A DNA stretch of 64,000 nucleotides from the human T2T-CHM13v2.0 reference genome, Homo sapiens (GCF_009914755.1 NC_060927.1); one strand, 5' to 3'; counted from the stretch's first letter, positions 40,536 through 55,669 are shown. Program-made: numbers and translations. Notes: a model not told the origin generated them from the letters alone.

Positions 40536-42295
40536 GTGCACCTTCATCAGTTGTATTATACCCTGTCTAGAGAAGTACCTAAAGGAGAGAAGGATATGGA
40601 AGAGGAAAGGCCAAGAAGACCAAGAAGTCTGCAGTGCTGGGGCAGCACTATTCAAGGGAGAGAGACTCTTCCTGTGTGAGCCACAACTTTTATCTCCATG
40701 AAGATGTATGTAGTGCAGGGATAATTTATTAGATATCCCCCAAACTCTCTATATCTCAAGGTTCTAACTTTCAGTGGACTCCTGATTACTAATTCAGGAT
40801 TTCAGTTATCCAGATATTTGAGAAAAGTGTGTCATGGCTTTAGGTGTAAATTTTCTTACTAGTCAAAAGGAATATTCTCTATGATTAATTAAGAAATTGG
40901 TATTCTGATTTGTACTTCAGCCTCTTATGATTTGGGTTACCATGAGTTAGTTCTCTTGAGCATATTTAACTGTGAATTCTTCGGCAAAGATATGTCTCTG
41001 GACTTTTTATGCTGAGGACCAGACTCTCTAGGGCTGTGGCTTCTTCTAGATGGATGAGATTTTAAAGAGCCTTATCTCAGTGGTCCTACAGGCCAGCTTC
41101 CTCCCTTGATTCTAACCATGATACTGTGTGTGGATGGTTCACAGTGTGTGTATGTGTCTAAAGGTATGGCAGTGATTGTCTTCTTATATAACAAGATTAA
41201 AACAACAAAAAGGTAAAAAGGAGCTCGTTATATAAATTGATGTAGAAAGATTATTTTAAGATAAAAATGATTTTTGTCTAGGAAAATCATTGTTTTTGTG
41301 CTTACTTGTAATTTTTATCTACAGGCAAAAGGTGGTTTTTTTTTTGTTTCTTTTTTTTAATACCATCTAGAAGAAATATCACCAAATCCTTTGGCACCTC
41401 TATCAATGTTCATGGCTGAAGCCTAGCTAGAAGAATAGATTGTTATGTGCTCCATATGTTCATGAGCACTACTCTATTAAAGGTCTTATGTATCTTGATA
41501 ATTGACACACAGCTTGGCCAGTGGTTAAAGCCCAGAGTTCCACATTTTGCATGAGGGAGAAGCCATACTTCAAGCGCTTGCCAGGGACTGCAGTCTTGAG
41601 GCTCAGCACTTCTCAGAAGCTCAGAAAATAAACTCCTTATGGAGGGTTGCCTGAAGAATATATATATAGTCTTATTCTTTAGATCAGTGGTTCTTAACTT
41701 TTCTTGAGTCATGCTGCTCTTTGAGAATGTTATGAAACTACAGACATATTCCCCAGAAAAAAGGACATGCATATCAAATTTTCTTTGTAGTTTCAGAGAC
41801 AAGTGGATGCATGAAGCCTCTGAATTTCAGATTAGTCTAGATAGAATAAAATCTGTTTTTGATGCATCTAGCTCTGCAAGGAACTGTGTATCTGAACCCC
41901 TTGCTTGGCCCTCCTGCTTTCCTCTCCATCATTTGCTTTTATTGAATTGTTTGCTGTCATTTGCCTGTGAGGGTTGTTTGGAGGAATAGTCTCCTTAGCT
42001 CTGAGAAATAACTGCAAGAATGTTGTTGAGGAAATCATTTATTATATTATATAGTGTCATTTTAATGAGGACCAAGGGAGAAATAGTACTCTATTACCTA
42101 TTTATCTTAAGGATGCTGAATTATGTAACTGATTGGGCCATCCTGGGTTTGTTGGCTGCTACAAGTATTAAGAGCCAAACGCCTGACCTACCTCTAGCAA
42201 ATGTGCAGACTTTTATGGAATACATTCATCTGGTACATGAACCTCACTCCTAGGACAGTTTATCTTTCCTACACTCAATTTTCCTTTATCCCATT

Positions 42296-42643
42296 TGTAT
42301 TAGCCCGTTTTCATGCTGCTGATAAAGACATACCCAAGGCTGGGAAATTTACAAAAGAAAGAGGTTTAATGGACTTATAGTTCCACGTGGCTGGGGAAGC
42401 CTCACAGTCATGGCTGAAGGTGAAAGGCGCATCTCACATGGTGGCAGACCGGAGAAGAAGAGAGCTTGTGGAGGGAAACTTCCCCTTATATAATTATCAG
42501 ATCTTGTGAGACTTATTCACTATCATGAGAACAGTATGAGAATGACCTGCCCCAATGTTTCAAATTACCTCTCACTGGGTCCCTCCCACAATATTTGTGA
42601 ATTCAAGATGAGATTTGGGTGGGGACACAGCCAAACCATATCA
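42296..42643 (-). mobile_element. THE1 (B-like) MaLR solo LTR
   Basis: TGTATTAG...GGGGACACAGCCAAACCATATCA, 348 bp. Perfect 5-bp TSD CCATT at 42291-42295 and 42644-42648. Confidence 0.95.
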
Positions 42644-44735
42644 CCATTTTTCTCTTCTCTTAGATATGTCATTTTAGCTTGTATTATATGTATTTATGTA
42701 AGTTTCATTGACTCCTTCTGAAATAAGATACACTTCTGAATAAATAAATTATGACTGGCACAGTGAATGATCTGCTTTTCAGACATTATAGCTACTGTTA
42801 GTAAATGTTCGGCTTTCACATTATGATGTATAAGAGGCCTAGGGATTTAGTATGGACAAATGCCTTATGGTTTAAGAGAAGATTCTGATTATTTTGGTTT
42901 AAAATGGCACATTAAAGTTTCTGCAAAAAATTTTTTTTTCAATGAAACCCTCCTTCCTATGCCTGTGCTTAAAGACCTTTTTGTATGGGAATGTAGGAAC
43001 CTGACTGCTGACCTTGCTGCGTCTTCTGAACAGGTTGTTAAGAAATTCAGTTCAATTAAGCCAACATTTTCTGTATAGTTTGGCACCTGTGAAAAGCAGT
43101 GTTATGTTCTATGTGATGTCTAAAGATGATTTGGTGCATTCTGTGTCCTCAGGGAGCATTCTGTCTACTTGGAGAGATGAGCTTTTTTTAAAAAAAATAG
43201 CAGAGTTACAAGATGCCTGCCACCTACAAGTGTGTGATGGCTTGACTGAAGGAGCTTGGGAAATTTTGGATAATTTTGAAGAGGAACTGACATTTAATTG
43301 TATCCTAGCATTTCTGTAGACAGCGATTGGGTGGAGAAAGGAGGGGAAGATGATATTAGAGATTGAAGAAAAAATATGGAAATGGTACAGAGGAAATAAA
43401 ATGCAGGCACCGTTGGAAGAAGGCAGGTAGTCTTATTTGTCAGGAGTAGGCTTTCCCCAACGGTAATCATTCTAGAAGCTCATTCATTATTTTTTTCCAT
43501 ATTCAAGTACCCTCTGTGTTTTGATATACTAAACTTATTTTTAAATTAACTGTTTTTTTAATATTAAGTATATTTATTTGAAAAAGAAACTTCATATCAG
43601 CACCGGGAGTGGAAAAATCCATGAAATGAAATTCTTGGCCTTTAACCTGCTGAGATGCTGTCTCCATCTTGATGGAGCAGAATGATTCTAAAAAGATTTA
43701 TCTCCTAGTCTCTGGTTGTCTCTAGAGTTCCTCTATCCTCCTCCCCTTGCTTTTTTATGAGGAGAAAAGGTGGCTTTTAAAATTTAATTGCCAGCCATAA
43801 TTTGAAGCAAGGCAGCCTGCTTGCTCCCTTTGCAGGTGGAGAGCACTTCCAGTGATGCCACTTTGTGAGGAGCTCAGGTTTGGAGTATCCCTTTCCGCTG
43901 TGACTCATGTGGCAGAGAAGATTTTATTTGTATCATGCCTCCATGGGAAACACAGAGTTATGGGCAGTGTTTCAGCATAGATTCCATCCTCATTTTTAAT
44001 GCAGGTAAATGGGAAGAGATTATAGGAATAAAACTGATATTTTTCTAGCTAGTTTAAAAAAATAAATAATTCACAACTAAGGTACTTGAACCATTATGGA
44101 TAACACATTGCTTGTGACATAACTTACAATGACAAAAATATACCAGCATGCTAGGTCCCCCTGTTGAGCCATGGCCTGGGGTTTGGGATACACACAGGTG
44201 AGGAGAGTGGGAGATGCTGCTGGAACTATTAGCACTATTATTGAAGCTGTGCTGAGGAGCCTGGGCCATGTTCTGTATATATTGGAGAACTACTGTATAG
44301 GAATGGCATAAATTCCATGCTTTAGTAATCCTGTTCCTCCAAACTATGTGGAGGATTGATTTGAACTAACAAGATAGAAGTATGGGGGGAGAGGGTCAAT
44401 TGGGAAGCTTGAGACAGAGCAGTGAAGATGAAACTCAGGAGCGTGGGCCATTGTTGAAAGAGAGGGAGAGGATGTGATGGGAGTGGATAACTCTTGAGGT
44501 GGTAAGACTGATGTCAGGGTTTGCATAACTTTTGTTACCATTTTAGTAATTCTACTTAATGAATGTCAAAATAAATCTACAGCAAAGCCAAATATATTTT
44601 AAAGTAAACTAATTTTAATATTATAAAAATAATATGACTCCATGATAGATATTACAGAAAAGAAGAAACATTCCTCCAAATCTCATTACCCTGTCACATC
44701 TACTGTTACATTTTTGGTGTATTGCTTGCTGGTCA

Positions 44736-44920
44736 TTTTGTTTGTTTGTTTGTTTCTTTTTTAGGGGGTGGGGTGGGCAGGATCTGGCTTTGTTGCTGAG
44801 GCTGGATTGCAATAGCACCATCATAGCTTACTACAGCCACAAACTCCTGGGCTCAGATGATCTTCCTGCCTCAGCCTCCTGAATAGCTGGGACTATAGGC
44901 ATGTGCCACTGTGCCCAGCT
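44736..44920 (-). mobile_element. Alu monomer (FLAM/AluJ fragment)
   Basis: GAGGCTGGATTGCAATAGC...CTCCTGGGCTCAGATGATCTTCCTGCCTCAGCC. Confidence 0.75.
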
Positions 44921-45061
44921 TCACCTTTTTTAAAACAATATGCATTTTAAATATAATTTTACATAATTATAAAAATATACATATGTAGATTTAAATCTTG
45001 TTTTTCTTTGTATAATTCTATAAACATACTGTCATTTTGCTCTATAATGCTTTATATTTGA

Positions 45062-45389
<328 letters not shown>

Positions 45390-45649
45390 TATTTTAATTC
45401 TTTATATTTATATTTTGAGTGTATTTTTTAGTGATAGAGCAATATTTTATTGAGTAGATATTTGAGAAATTACTCAACTGCTTCCTTATTTGTATACACT
45501 TAGGCTCCTCTAACTTCTTACCATTGTAAATACCATTGTAATAAATATTTTTGTGTTTCTACTGTACTTTGGATTATTTCTCTAGGGTGGGTTTCCAGAA
45601 GTGGGATTTCTGGATCAAAGGAATAAAGGAGAAGCCACCATTATTGATG

Positions 45650-45900
45650 GTAATAACAATTGCTAACATTTATTGAGTATGTATAATATGCCAGGCAGTA
45701 TTTATAAAGTACTTTACATATGTTATCTAATTTTAATTCTGATAAGAGTTTATGAGGTAGGTACTATATTATCCCCCATTTTGTAGGTGTAGAAATTAAG
45801 GCACTGAGAGGTTAAGTAATTTGCCCATGGTCTCTCACAGCTTGTGGGTGGTGAAACTAGGGTATGAAACTGCCATTCAGACTTAGAGCTCCCTGTCTCC
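45650..45900 (-). mobile_element. MIR
   Basis: GCTAACATTTATTGAG...CCCATTTTGTAGGTGTAGAAATTAAGGCACTGAGAGGTTAAGTAATTTGCCC. Confidence 0.8.
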
Positions 45901-46905
45901 AAAGCCTGTTCCATCAGTTTTTGGTTGAAGCCCTACAGATCTCCTAATTTGGTCAATGAAGTGCTGATAACATTGTTATGTGGACACTGCCTAGTCTTCT
46001 CGATTTGCTTAGTGGGACTTTGGTTTTCTCATATGACTGTGACAGTTGTGTCTCTGTGACAGGTGGTGGTGTTTTTGAAAACCCTATGCTGCTAACCTTG
46101 GTAGGTTGATCTTGTAATTACCTAGAAAAGTCCTGTAGTTAAAAAAGATTGGGGTTAGAAGTCAGAGCAGGTGATGCTTCACATTCAAACATCTGTTCTA
46201 ATCTACCCTGCTTCTTTGCTGGCAGAATCTCTATCCCACTACAGAAAATCTGCAATATTTTTGCCTGTTGGCTCATGAAAGGCTTTCATAGAAATTATAG
46301 TGGTATTAGCATAACCAGTCACAATAAACAAAAATGACTTATATTTTATTTTACTTCAGAGTACCAAAGGCTTGACTTTAGGATAAATATGTAGGAGTGT
46401 GGATGTGTTTGCATAACTTTTCTTTATATTCAAGCTTCGACTTTTTTTTTCTTTTTCAGGATCAAAACAGTTTCCTATTGCATATATTGTTAATTTTAAG
46501 CAGCAAATATCATTTTCTCATTTGTTTATAATACTGAGTTGGTATGTTTAGTTTGAGTGGATGCTAATCCTGCGTTTTCATTCTAGAAGGCTACTTAATA
46601 CATTATTTTCTTAGCCAACCTTAAGTCAAGCCAAGCTTTGGTTATGGCTAGTTATAATCTGTTTTTAATAGGAATCCTCAAAGTCAAAGTTTAAACAAAC
46701 AAAAGAAGCCATCCTTTTCAAAATAGTTATTGTAATGATAATCCCTTTTATAGCTTTGTTTTATAGTTTTAGGCCCTCCTCTGAAAAGTACAGAGCATTT
46801 TTATTAATATTTATATAGGCAAAAATCATGCATATTGATAAACTAATATATTTTCAATAAAGTTGAAGTTATGCTATGAAAAGCTGCTTAAAAAGTGAAG
46901 ATATA

Positions 46906-47299
46906 TGATATGGTCTGGGTCTGGGTCCCCACCGAAATCTCATCTTGTATTGTAATTTCCATGTGTTGAGGGAAGGACCTCGTGGAAGGTGATTAGATCA
47001 TGGGGGGACTAGATCATTAGATCTGGGGATTAGATCATTAGATCATTAGACCTTCTTGCTGTTCTCATGATACTGAGTGAGTTCTCATGAGATCTGATGG
47101 TTTTATAAGGGGCTTTTCCCCTCTTTCCACTTCTCATTCTCTCTCCTGCCACTCTGTGAAGAGATGATTTCCACTATGATTGTAAGTTTCCTGAGGCCTC
47201 CCCAGCCATGTGGAACTGTGAGTCAATTAAGTCTCTTTTCTTTGTAAATTACCCAATCTCAGGTATTTCTTCATAGCAGCGTTAAAATGGACTAATACA
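46906..47299 (+). mobile_element. THE1 (C/D-like) MaLR solo LTR
   Basis: TGATATGG...GGACTAATACA. TSD ATATA at 46901-46905 and 47300-47304. Confidence 0.93.
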
Positions 47300-47859
47300 A
47301 TATAATATTGTACTTCTGAAAAAAAAAAGAAGCTACAAGTCTTGATCACTTGATCTCTCTGGAGGTTTTTTTTTTTTTCCCTTCTCTTTCTCTGTTTCTT
47401 GATAATAGGGCCCAATTGAATGGAACCTTAGCTGCTTCCAACTTTTCTGGAATTAAGGAGGGCCTTGATACTCGAGTCTGTTAAGATTGAGACTTAACCT
47501 ACTTTCTTCCATTCCTAGAAGACAAGAGAGTTCCTGTCTGCCACTGGGCGTGAGGCTCCTGAAGGCAAGTTTGGGGCCATTGCATACCATAGTGCAAGAT
47601 GTACACCGTACAGTGTTACTAGGTGGAGAGACATTATTTTCTAATGTGTGCAGAGCTGTCTGCTCCCCAAGCTAGGCATCTATGGGTCTACAATAACTTG
47701 GAAACTTTTCTAGTTTGTACAGAAGCTAAAGGCGCCGTAGCAGTAGGCTGTATTTCTGAGACTCACAGACTTTTTACCATACCATCCACCATTAGTGCCC
47801 TCCATGTCCTGCTCTTGTATGAGCAGCTGACAGATGATGATCTTTGTGTCTTAGTTTCT

Positions 47860-48155
<296 letters not shown>

Positions 48156-49354
48156 TGTGTGTCTTAGTTTCTAAATCAAAGACCAGTTGTCTATTGCATG
48201 TCAATAAACCTTGTGACTTCTCTGGAGTAGTAAACACTTATTTGCATTTGCTTTTCAACATTATTGTTGCAAATTTTGGTCATTATAAATGTGAGTGGTG
48301 ATTTAATGCCCTGTAGCAGTAAATCTTAAATATTTCAAATTGTATTTTTAAGAAGAGGGTCTATATTCAGCACTACTCTTGGACAGCAAAGTTTTTAATC
48401 TAAAATATGGTATAAAATTTATTCTCTTAGTTATGAGATTGCAATAGGGCAGAAACTGTTTTATTCTGATAAGTGTATACCATTTCTTTTTAATCTAGTA
48501 AGTGCTTTCATTTATCGTTTTAATTAAATGAATTAATTTTCAGTTAAATTAGTCACTGGATATTTTCTGGCCAAATAAGTCTCTTAATGACACCGTCAGG
48601 ATTTTACAGAAATTGAGACATAGTGGGATCTTTGATCGTAGTGTTTATCTTTTTGCTCCATAGATAATGAAGTGAATTTTCTATAACAGCTGGTTTACAT
48701 AGTTATATGATAGATATGTTCCAGAGTTTGAGATTAAGAAGTTTTTACTTCTGGTTTATTTGAGCACTTAGATGTTTTTCTAAATTTGTCTTTCTGAGTT
48801 TTCTCTCTAGATAGGTCTGGCAGGGATTTTTGAATTGTCATGTAATCCAAATATAGTGCCTAAGGCTTCACAGCTACATGAAATATCTATTTTTAAAGAC
48901 TTTCATCAAGGAGATTCCACATTTTCCCTGGAGAATTTTTTTCACTATAATCCTTTCTCTCAAGAAATTCATCTCTGTATGTGAACTAGGTCCCTCTGGT
49001 TTAAGACTATTTCTTCTAGTCTGGCTTCATCAGAGAGAGATAAAGATTAGATTGTTACCATTTTAAAACTGGTAAAACTATGATATTAATAATTTTTTCT
49101 CTTCCCCCAAAATTAAATATTAACATTAAATTTATGTGAGAAGTACTCATCTCAAGAAGGGAAATTCAATGTAATTTCTACTAAAGACAGAATAGTTTCT
49201 AGATAATCAGTAGTGGCTCCTGTTTGTAAAGAGCTAGTCTGGCAATAAGGAAATGTCCTCTTACAGATCGGTTGGTTTTGTCTGTTATAAGTCTCTGTTG
49301 TCAGAGACTTATGCTACAGGTGGAGTGGGTTCTAGCTGGCCACCTAGATGGTAC

Positions 49355-49890
49355 ATTATTGGGAAGTTTTTGGTTGCAAGTGACAGAAAACTCAAGTGGA
49401 AGCGGATTAAACACTGGAGACAGTTATTATCTCACATAACAAAAGGCCCAAAAGAGGCTTTTGATCTAACAGCTCAATAACTTCAAGGCTCTGGTTCAGT
49501 GTCTCAGAAATTCTCTTCAGTTTTCCCTCATGGTTCCAAGATGTGATACTCTGAACTGCTGCAGCCATCTTTGTATAACTACATCCAGAGACATGAGCAG
49601 GAAATTATATCTGTCCCGTTCTTTTTTAAGCTTCAGGAAACCTCTCTAGAAAGTACTCTTCACATCTTATAGTCCATAGCTGTATCACATGCTCATGCCT
49701 AAACCAATAACTTGGTCATGGGAATGTGATCAGCATGATTAGCCTTGACTCATCATAATTCATTCTGGGTCTGAGGAGGAGCCCAGCCTCTGGAGGACAT
49801 GACAACTTAGAAAGGTGAACAAAACTAGAATTGTATTAGCTAGGAAGAAGGAGAAGTGGAAATGGTTGTTGAGTGAGCCACATAGTTGGG
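49355..49890 (-). mobile_element. Old MLT1 (K-like) LTR
   Basis: TTTTGGTTGCAAGTGACAGAAAACTCAA...TCACATGCTCATGCCTAAACCAAT. Confidence 0.6.
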
Positions 49891-50117
49891 AAGGGGGTTT
49901 AGAGAATGTTGCTTGTTCTGCACGTTAGTAACCTCATTGGAGAATGTTGCTGTAAAGTGTATAACACTGATATGGGGGAAAATAGACTTTAGAGGACTTC
50001 AGAAAAGAGTAAACCTTCTTATTTTTGGATTGTCTTAGGGATGGTTTTATTTGGGAGCTGAGACATAAATTTGGTATTTTAGGGCCCCATCAAGTCTTAA
50101 GAAACTACTAGTAGGTG

Positions 50118-50155
50118 TTAGGTTGGTGCAAAAGTAATTGCAGTTTTTGCCATTA
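50118..50155 (+). mobile_element. Half MADE1 / solo Hsmar1 terminal inverted repeat
   Basis: TTAGGTTGGTGCAAAAGTAATTGCAGTTTTTGCCATTA, matching the left arm of the MADE1 at 3062. Confidence 0.9.
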
Positions 50156-51845
50156 GTTTTCTAACTCAGGTTTTTTTCTCCGCTGTGTGAACTAGTGATC
50201 AGGAGGGGTCTGAGTGTTTGGAGAACAACAAGGTGGGTTTTTTTTTTCTCTAATATATATCTGTATTCACTATAGTTAATGCTGCTGATGAATGTGGAAA
50301 TATTATAGTAGTTCTTCTGTTGGCTATCCATTTTTACTTTACTATCTCCTGTTTTAGATGATGAATTTGTTGGTCAAATTCAGTAGGATTTTTGTTCTTT
50401 AATTATTAGATATTGTAAGTGTTATTTTGTTTTAAAATATTCGAATCTACTCCAGGCCAAAGAGGGGATTACTGGGAGGGTAGGAATTTTTGTACCCATT
50501 TCGGAGGGGGACAACCTCGCAATGGTCTAGGCTACAGTGAGAAGAGAGTGTAAAAGACTTTTCGGTAGGTCAAATGAGTGTACTTGGAGTAAATTCTGTG
50601 TATGAGGATGAAGTACTTATCCTTCTGCTGCTACTATAAACTGATTACAATGAGACCATCTTTTCATTATGTTTTCTCATCTGATTATTGTCAATTTATA
50701 AAAATGCTTACTGACTCAACTTCCTATTTAGCTTTAGTAGCATTTCTGGTGATTCATTCTCTCTCTACTTTCTTTTCTTTTCTTTTTTAAAAAGATATGC
50801 CATTATATTGACTACAGATAATGTAATTTTGTCTCCTACTTTCTAGATAGTTGTATTTTTTGTTTTTGTTTTCTGCCTCATTTCATTAACTAGAACTAAC
50901 AGAACAATATTTTTTAATACTGATGATAGTGGATGTTATCATGTTCCTGTGTTTGAGATTATTTAAAAAGTTTGAGATAAAGGGAATGTAAAAATGCCTT
51001 CAGTTTATGGATAATGGAGTAAATTTTCTTTACTGATATAGTGAAAGATGAAAACCTGTAGAAAGTAAGAGCCAAAGAAGAAAGGATATTTAAAGTATAG
51101 TAATATAGAGAATTGATAATCACAGAATAGACTAGAACTTATATAGATGTAATGGTAAAAACCAGCATGCATCGATTACATAACAGGAAGAACAAATACT
51201 GTAGTTTTTTCTTTGGAGAAAAGTATCCTCACTAGATCCATCTGAAGGAAATGACCTAGAAAGCATTAGTCTAAACAATAGGCAGAATATCTGACTGCAC
51301 AGGATAACGATTCTGCACGTTGAAAGACCTAACCAGATATGCTCAGGAATCCTGCCCTCTGGTTTCAGAAAAGTGGGAGCTCTGGAGCCATTTTGCCCTG
51401 GCACTTCTGCTGGTTTTGGTGAAGGTCATCCTTATTTTTTCTAGGATTTCCTGTGCATAAGATCCTTGCCCTAGTTTCTACTATCTGTCCTGTAAAGAAA
51501 TAGTGGCTGCTTGCGGAGGAGTCTCATACTGAGTGAGGTTAGGTCCTGAGTTGGTATAAGAGACAAAGTCATGTCTAGTCAAAATCTCTCTTGAAAGATC
51601 CCTCAAATTGCCCATAAAGAGCAGTGTACATGATTTTGCACATCTTACTGTGTAGAGTAATATGTAATTATAAATGTGTAATATCCAAAGTTAAAATTTA
51701 TTCCAAAGAATAAAGTATATGTATGTAAAATATATTTTTATAGTGTTTTAAATGATATAGAAGAGTATTTTGAATTTGTATAAATTTGTAAATGGTACCA
51801 TTTCACTACACCTTCTATAAAGTAATAGAATAAGTAATTAAATAA

Positions 51846-52200
<355 letters not shown>

Positions 52201-53159
52201 GCATATTAAATATTTCTGTGTGTGATCAGTTGGAGGAAATTTAGTCTCTTAAAGTTTTAAAGATACGAAGCAGAATAAACATGTGACTTTGGAGTTGGGA
52301 GTAAGATTAATTCATTCCGATTATATTTTTGTAGTCAGTTTTAGGAAGATAATTGTAATGCCATATTGAAAGCTTTATGTTTAATCTAAGTGCCAGCCAT
52401 AGCTTTGACACCAGATGGGAATATAGAGATGGGCACTCAGCCTGTTAATTTATATTCTAAATACATGGAAAAAGTTTATATTTGCTGTTTGTTTTTTTTT
52501 TCTTATCTATGGCTTGAAACCTTGGAGGATTTTATTCTCTAATGATTTCAGAAGAGAGACCAACTGGGGATTCTGACCTTTTCCCTACTTTTCTGGAACT
52601 CTTCTGAGCATCTGATATGGTACCTTCAGGCCTGACCTGTTTTTATAAATGCCTGGGCCTGGATTTGTCTAGGAGTGAGACTCACAAAGCAGCAAATAAT
52701 TTTTGGAAAGGAAGCTCATATTTTTAACATGTAGGGGGACCTGAGTGTCTGCTGCTGAAGAAGTCATGGGGTAAAGAACTGGGATCCCGACAGTGGTCAG
52801 AGAAGCTCTCTATACCTTCATATTAGAGCCACAGGCCCTGATCTGATTCATGAAACTACACAGAGACAGAAATTGTTTATCCCCAAAGGATTATGTAATG
52901 CAAACAGATTTAGACATGAAACAGTACAGGCAGGAGCATACTTGGGAAATATTGCTTAAAAGGGAATTCTTCAGTGAAAAAGACAGCTAGTTTTTACTTT
53001 CCTCTCAAAAATAGGATGGCAACAGGAGTGCTTGGCTGGTGTTCCTCCTTTAGCAAAAACAGGTCCTCATTCCTTAGCCTCCATGGTGGCTTTATGATAA
53101 AGGGAGAAGGTCATCTAATACATACTTCATATTCAAATTTTGCCAATTTCTCTGGCTAT

Positions 53160-53910
53160 TCTTTTAAAAATATCTTTACTGAAGTATGATGCATACAATA
53201 AACTGTACATGCTTAATATATGCAATTTGATCAGTTTTGTTATATACCCACGAAACCATTGTTACAATTAAGGTAGTGAACATCTCCATCACCCTCAAAA
53301 GTTTCTTGATGCTTCTTGGTAATTCCTTTCTTTTTCCATTCTCCTACCCTTCTCCTTCATCTCTAGGCAACCATTAATCTACTTTCTGTCACTATAGACT
53401 AGTTTGCATTTTGTAAAACTTTATATAAATAGAAATATGCAGTATGTAGTCTTTTTTTCTGGCCTTTTTTTTCTCAGCACAATTATTTTGAGATTCATCC
53501 ATGTTGTTCCACTTATCAATATTTCATTCATTTTTATTGCTGAATAGTATCCCATTGTATGGATATATATCAAAATTTGTTTGTTCATCACTTACTGGAC
53601 ATTTGAGTTGTTTGAGTTTTTGGCTATGAACCTTCATGTACAAGCCTTTGTATGGACATATGCTTTCATTTCTCTTGGGTAAATATCTAGCAGAAGAATG
53701 GCTGGATTGTGTGGTAGGTGTATGTTAACTTCTTAAGAAACTGCTCAACTGTTTTCCAAAATGGTTTTCCAGTTGTTCCACATCCTCACTAATCTTTTTA
53801 ATTTTAGCCATCGTAGTAGGTGTGAAGCAGTATCTCAATGTAGTTTTAGTTTGCATTTTCCTCATAACTAATGATATTGAGCATATTTTCATGTATATTT
53901 TAGAAGATGT
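53160..53910 (-). mobile_element. L1M (MB/MC) 3' fragment
   Basis: TGAACATCTCCATCACCCTCAAAAGTTTC...GAGATTCATCCATGTTG...TTTGCATTTTCCTCATAACTAATGAT. Confidence 0.85.
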
Positions 53911-54349
53911 CCCTCTTTTGAAGACGCAGAGAGAAACAGTTATCAAATTATGATTATCTCGTAAAATCTGACTTTTGTCCTTGCCCCTATAATGAGTGAA
54001 AAGAGAGAAAAAAAAGGCAAAAGGGAAAGGGGTGATTGGCCTGACTCTCTCTTACTGCGAGGAAAGAGGCTGAGAAGTACAGCCTAGAAATAAGTATGGA
54101 GAGAGGTTGTGCGGGGTAACCAGGGAATCAGATGGAAACAAGGAGGGTAGAAAAGAAAGATTAGGGCCTGTGCCAGTACCGTCAGTGTGTATTATCAGAT
54201 TCTTCTGTTTTTTAAAGCCTTGTTTCCTTATATTCCATGTTAAAAATCTGAATGAGACTTCTTTTAGAAAAGTGCAGAGGGTAGCATGGACTATTTACAG
54301 TGTCTGCTTTCTTCCTACTTACCTCATTTCCTTTTTCCATCTGACACTT

Positions 54350-55110
54350 TTTCAGACTTGAGTTTTTGAAGATCTCTAGGAGCCTCATACTTGTCATATG
54401 TGAGCCTGTTTTCAGCTCTCATCTTTGATTTTTTGTTGGATCTTACTTTCTTGACCACCTCTCTTCCAGAGACTCACCCCCTTGGTTTTAATGACACCAC
54501 CTATGTTTCTCTGCTCCTTCTGTGACTTCTCTGTGGGCTTCACTTCCTTCATGAGTCAGGGTTTCAAGAAGGGCTGTGCTCAGTGTGCTGGTCTCATTTT
54601 TGCATCAGAATCTTTGGAGCTTCTATGGATTCAGCCATCCTTTCTGAGCACAGGGCTCCCCTTCCTGTTTATAGCCCACATCTTTACATGCTGACTTTAC
54701 TATTTTCTTTCTGGATGTCACATTGATAACAACCTGCCTGAAACCAAATTTACCTCTTTTGTCCCTAGATTAATTTCCTCTCCAGAGTTGTCTTTTCTTC
54801 TCATGGTCGTGCCTTTATTCTCTCAGTCCGCCACTCCTGAAGCTGCTGTGTCATGTTTTCCTTCTTCCTTCTTCATGCAAGTCTGTGAGAATTTCTGTAA
54901 TGCCTGTCACTCCTGTCTCCATCTTTATGGAGACATGCCATAAAGATGGTACTGCCACCATGCTAATTCAGGCTTTCAACACTTTACACTAGGATTGTGA
55001 CAGTGGCCTCCTCATGGTCACTTTGTCTCTGGCATCTCTCTTCTTCAATCCGCTCAGTGATGTCTCTGATGGATAAATCTTCTATTAATAAACCAACTGG
55101 ATTATATATT
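54350..55110 (+). mobile_element. L2 fragment (diverged)
   Basis: Pyrimidine-rich L2-like text: TTTCTGGATGTC...CCTGAAACCAAAT...ACTGCCACCATGCTAATTCAGGC. Confidence 0.55.
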
Positions 55111-55669
55111 GTTTCTTTTTTTAAAAAAACCTCTGATTTTCAGCAACCATGATTTATTTCTCTGAAATTTTGGGTTCTCATAATAGTATCCCTGGCTCCT
55201 TTATCTTATTCAATCTTACCTTCTGTTGTTTGCCTATGCAAAAGTCCGCACTACAGCAAAAATAGTCTCTACTGTTCACTGAATACCTGATGGATACACA
55301 TGCTTGCTGCCGCTTTGTTAACACATAGCCATGGGGAAGAGGATGTCTTGTCCTTATTTCAAGGTTCCCCTCGATTTCCAGCTCTTCCATAAAATGTTGC
55401 TTGGTCATGTCAGCTCTCTCCTTTGAATTTATGGTCTGTTATAGGCAATCAAACATTTTTGTGTTATTGTTTGTTTTTAACTTAATTTTCCTCTCCAACC
55501 AGGGTTCACCTTTCTTGAGTTTCACATCTCTATTGTGTTCCAGTGATAATGATACCTTGCAATAATTCTAAAAATAATGATGTCTAACAAATGAAAAGGG
55601 GATACCAAGCTGTCTGATTGCATTTGCTATCACTTATGTCTGTTGGAAATCAAAGGGCTTTGCTCATTT

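Noticed and set aside
52165-52193. T29 tract next to the head of an antisense Alu as a separate insertion
   Set aside because: Its orientation fits expansion of the T-rich target-site duplication of that Alu, unlike the T36 at 16842.
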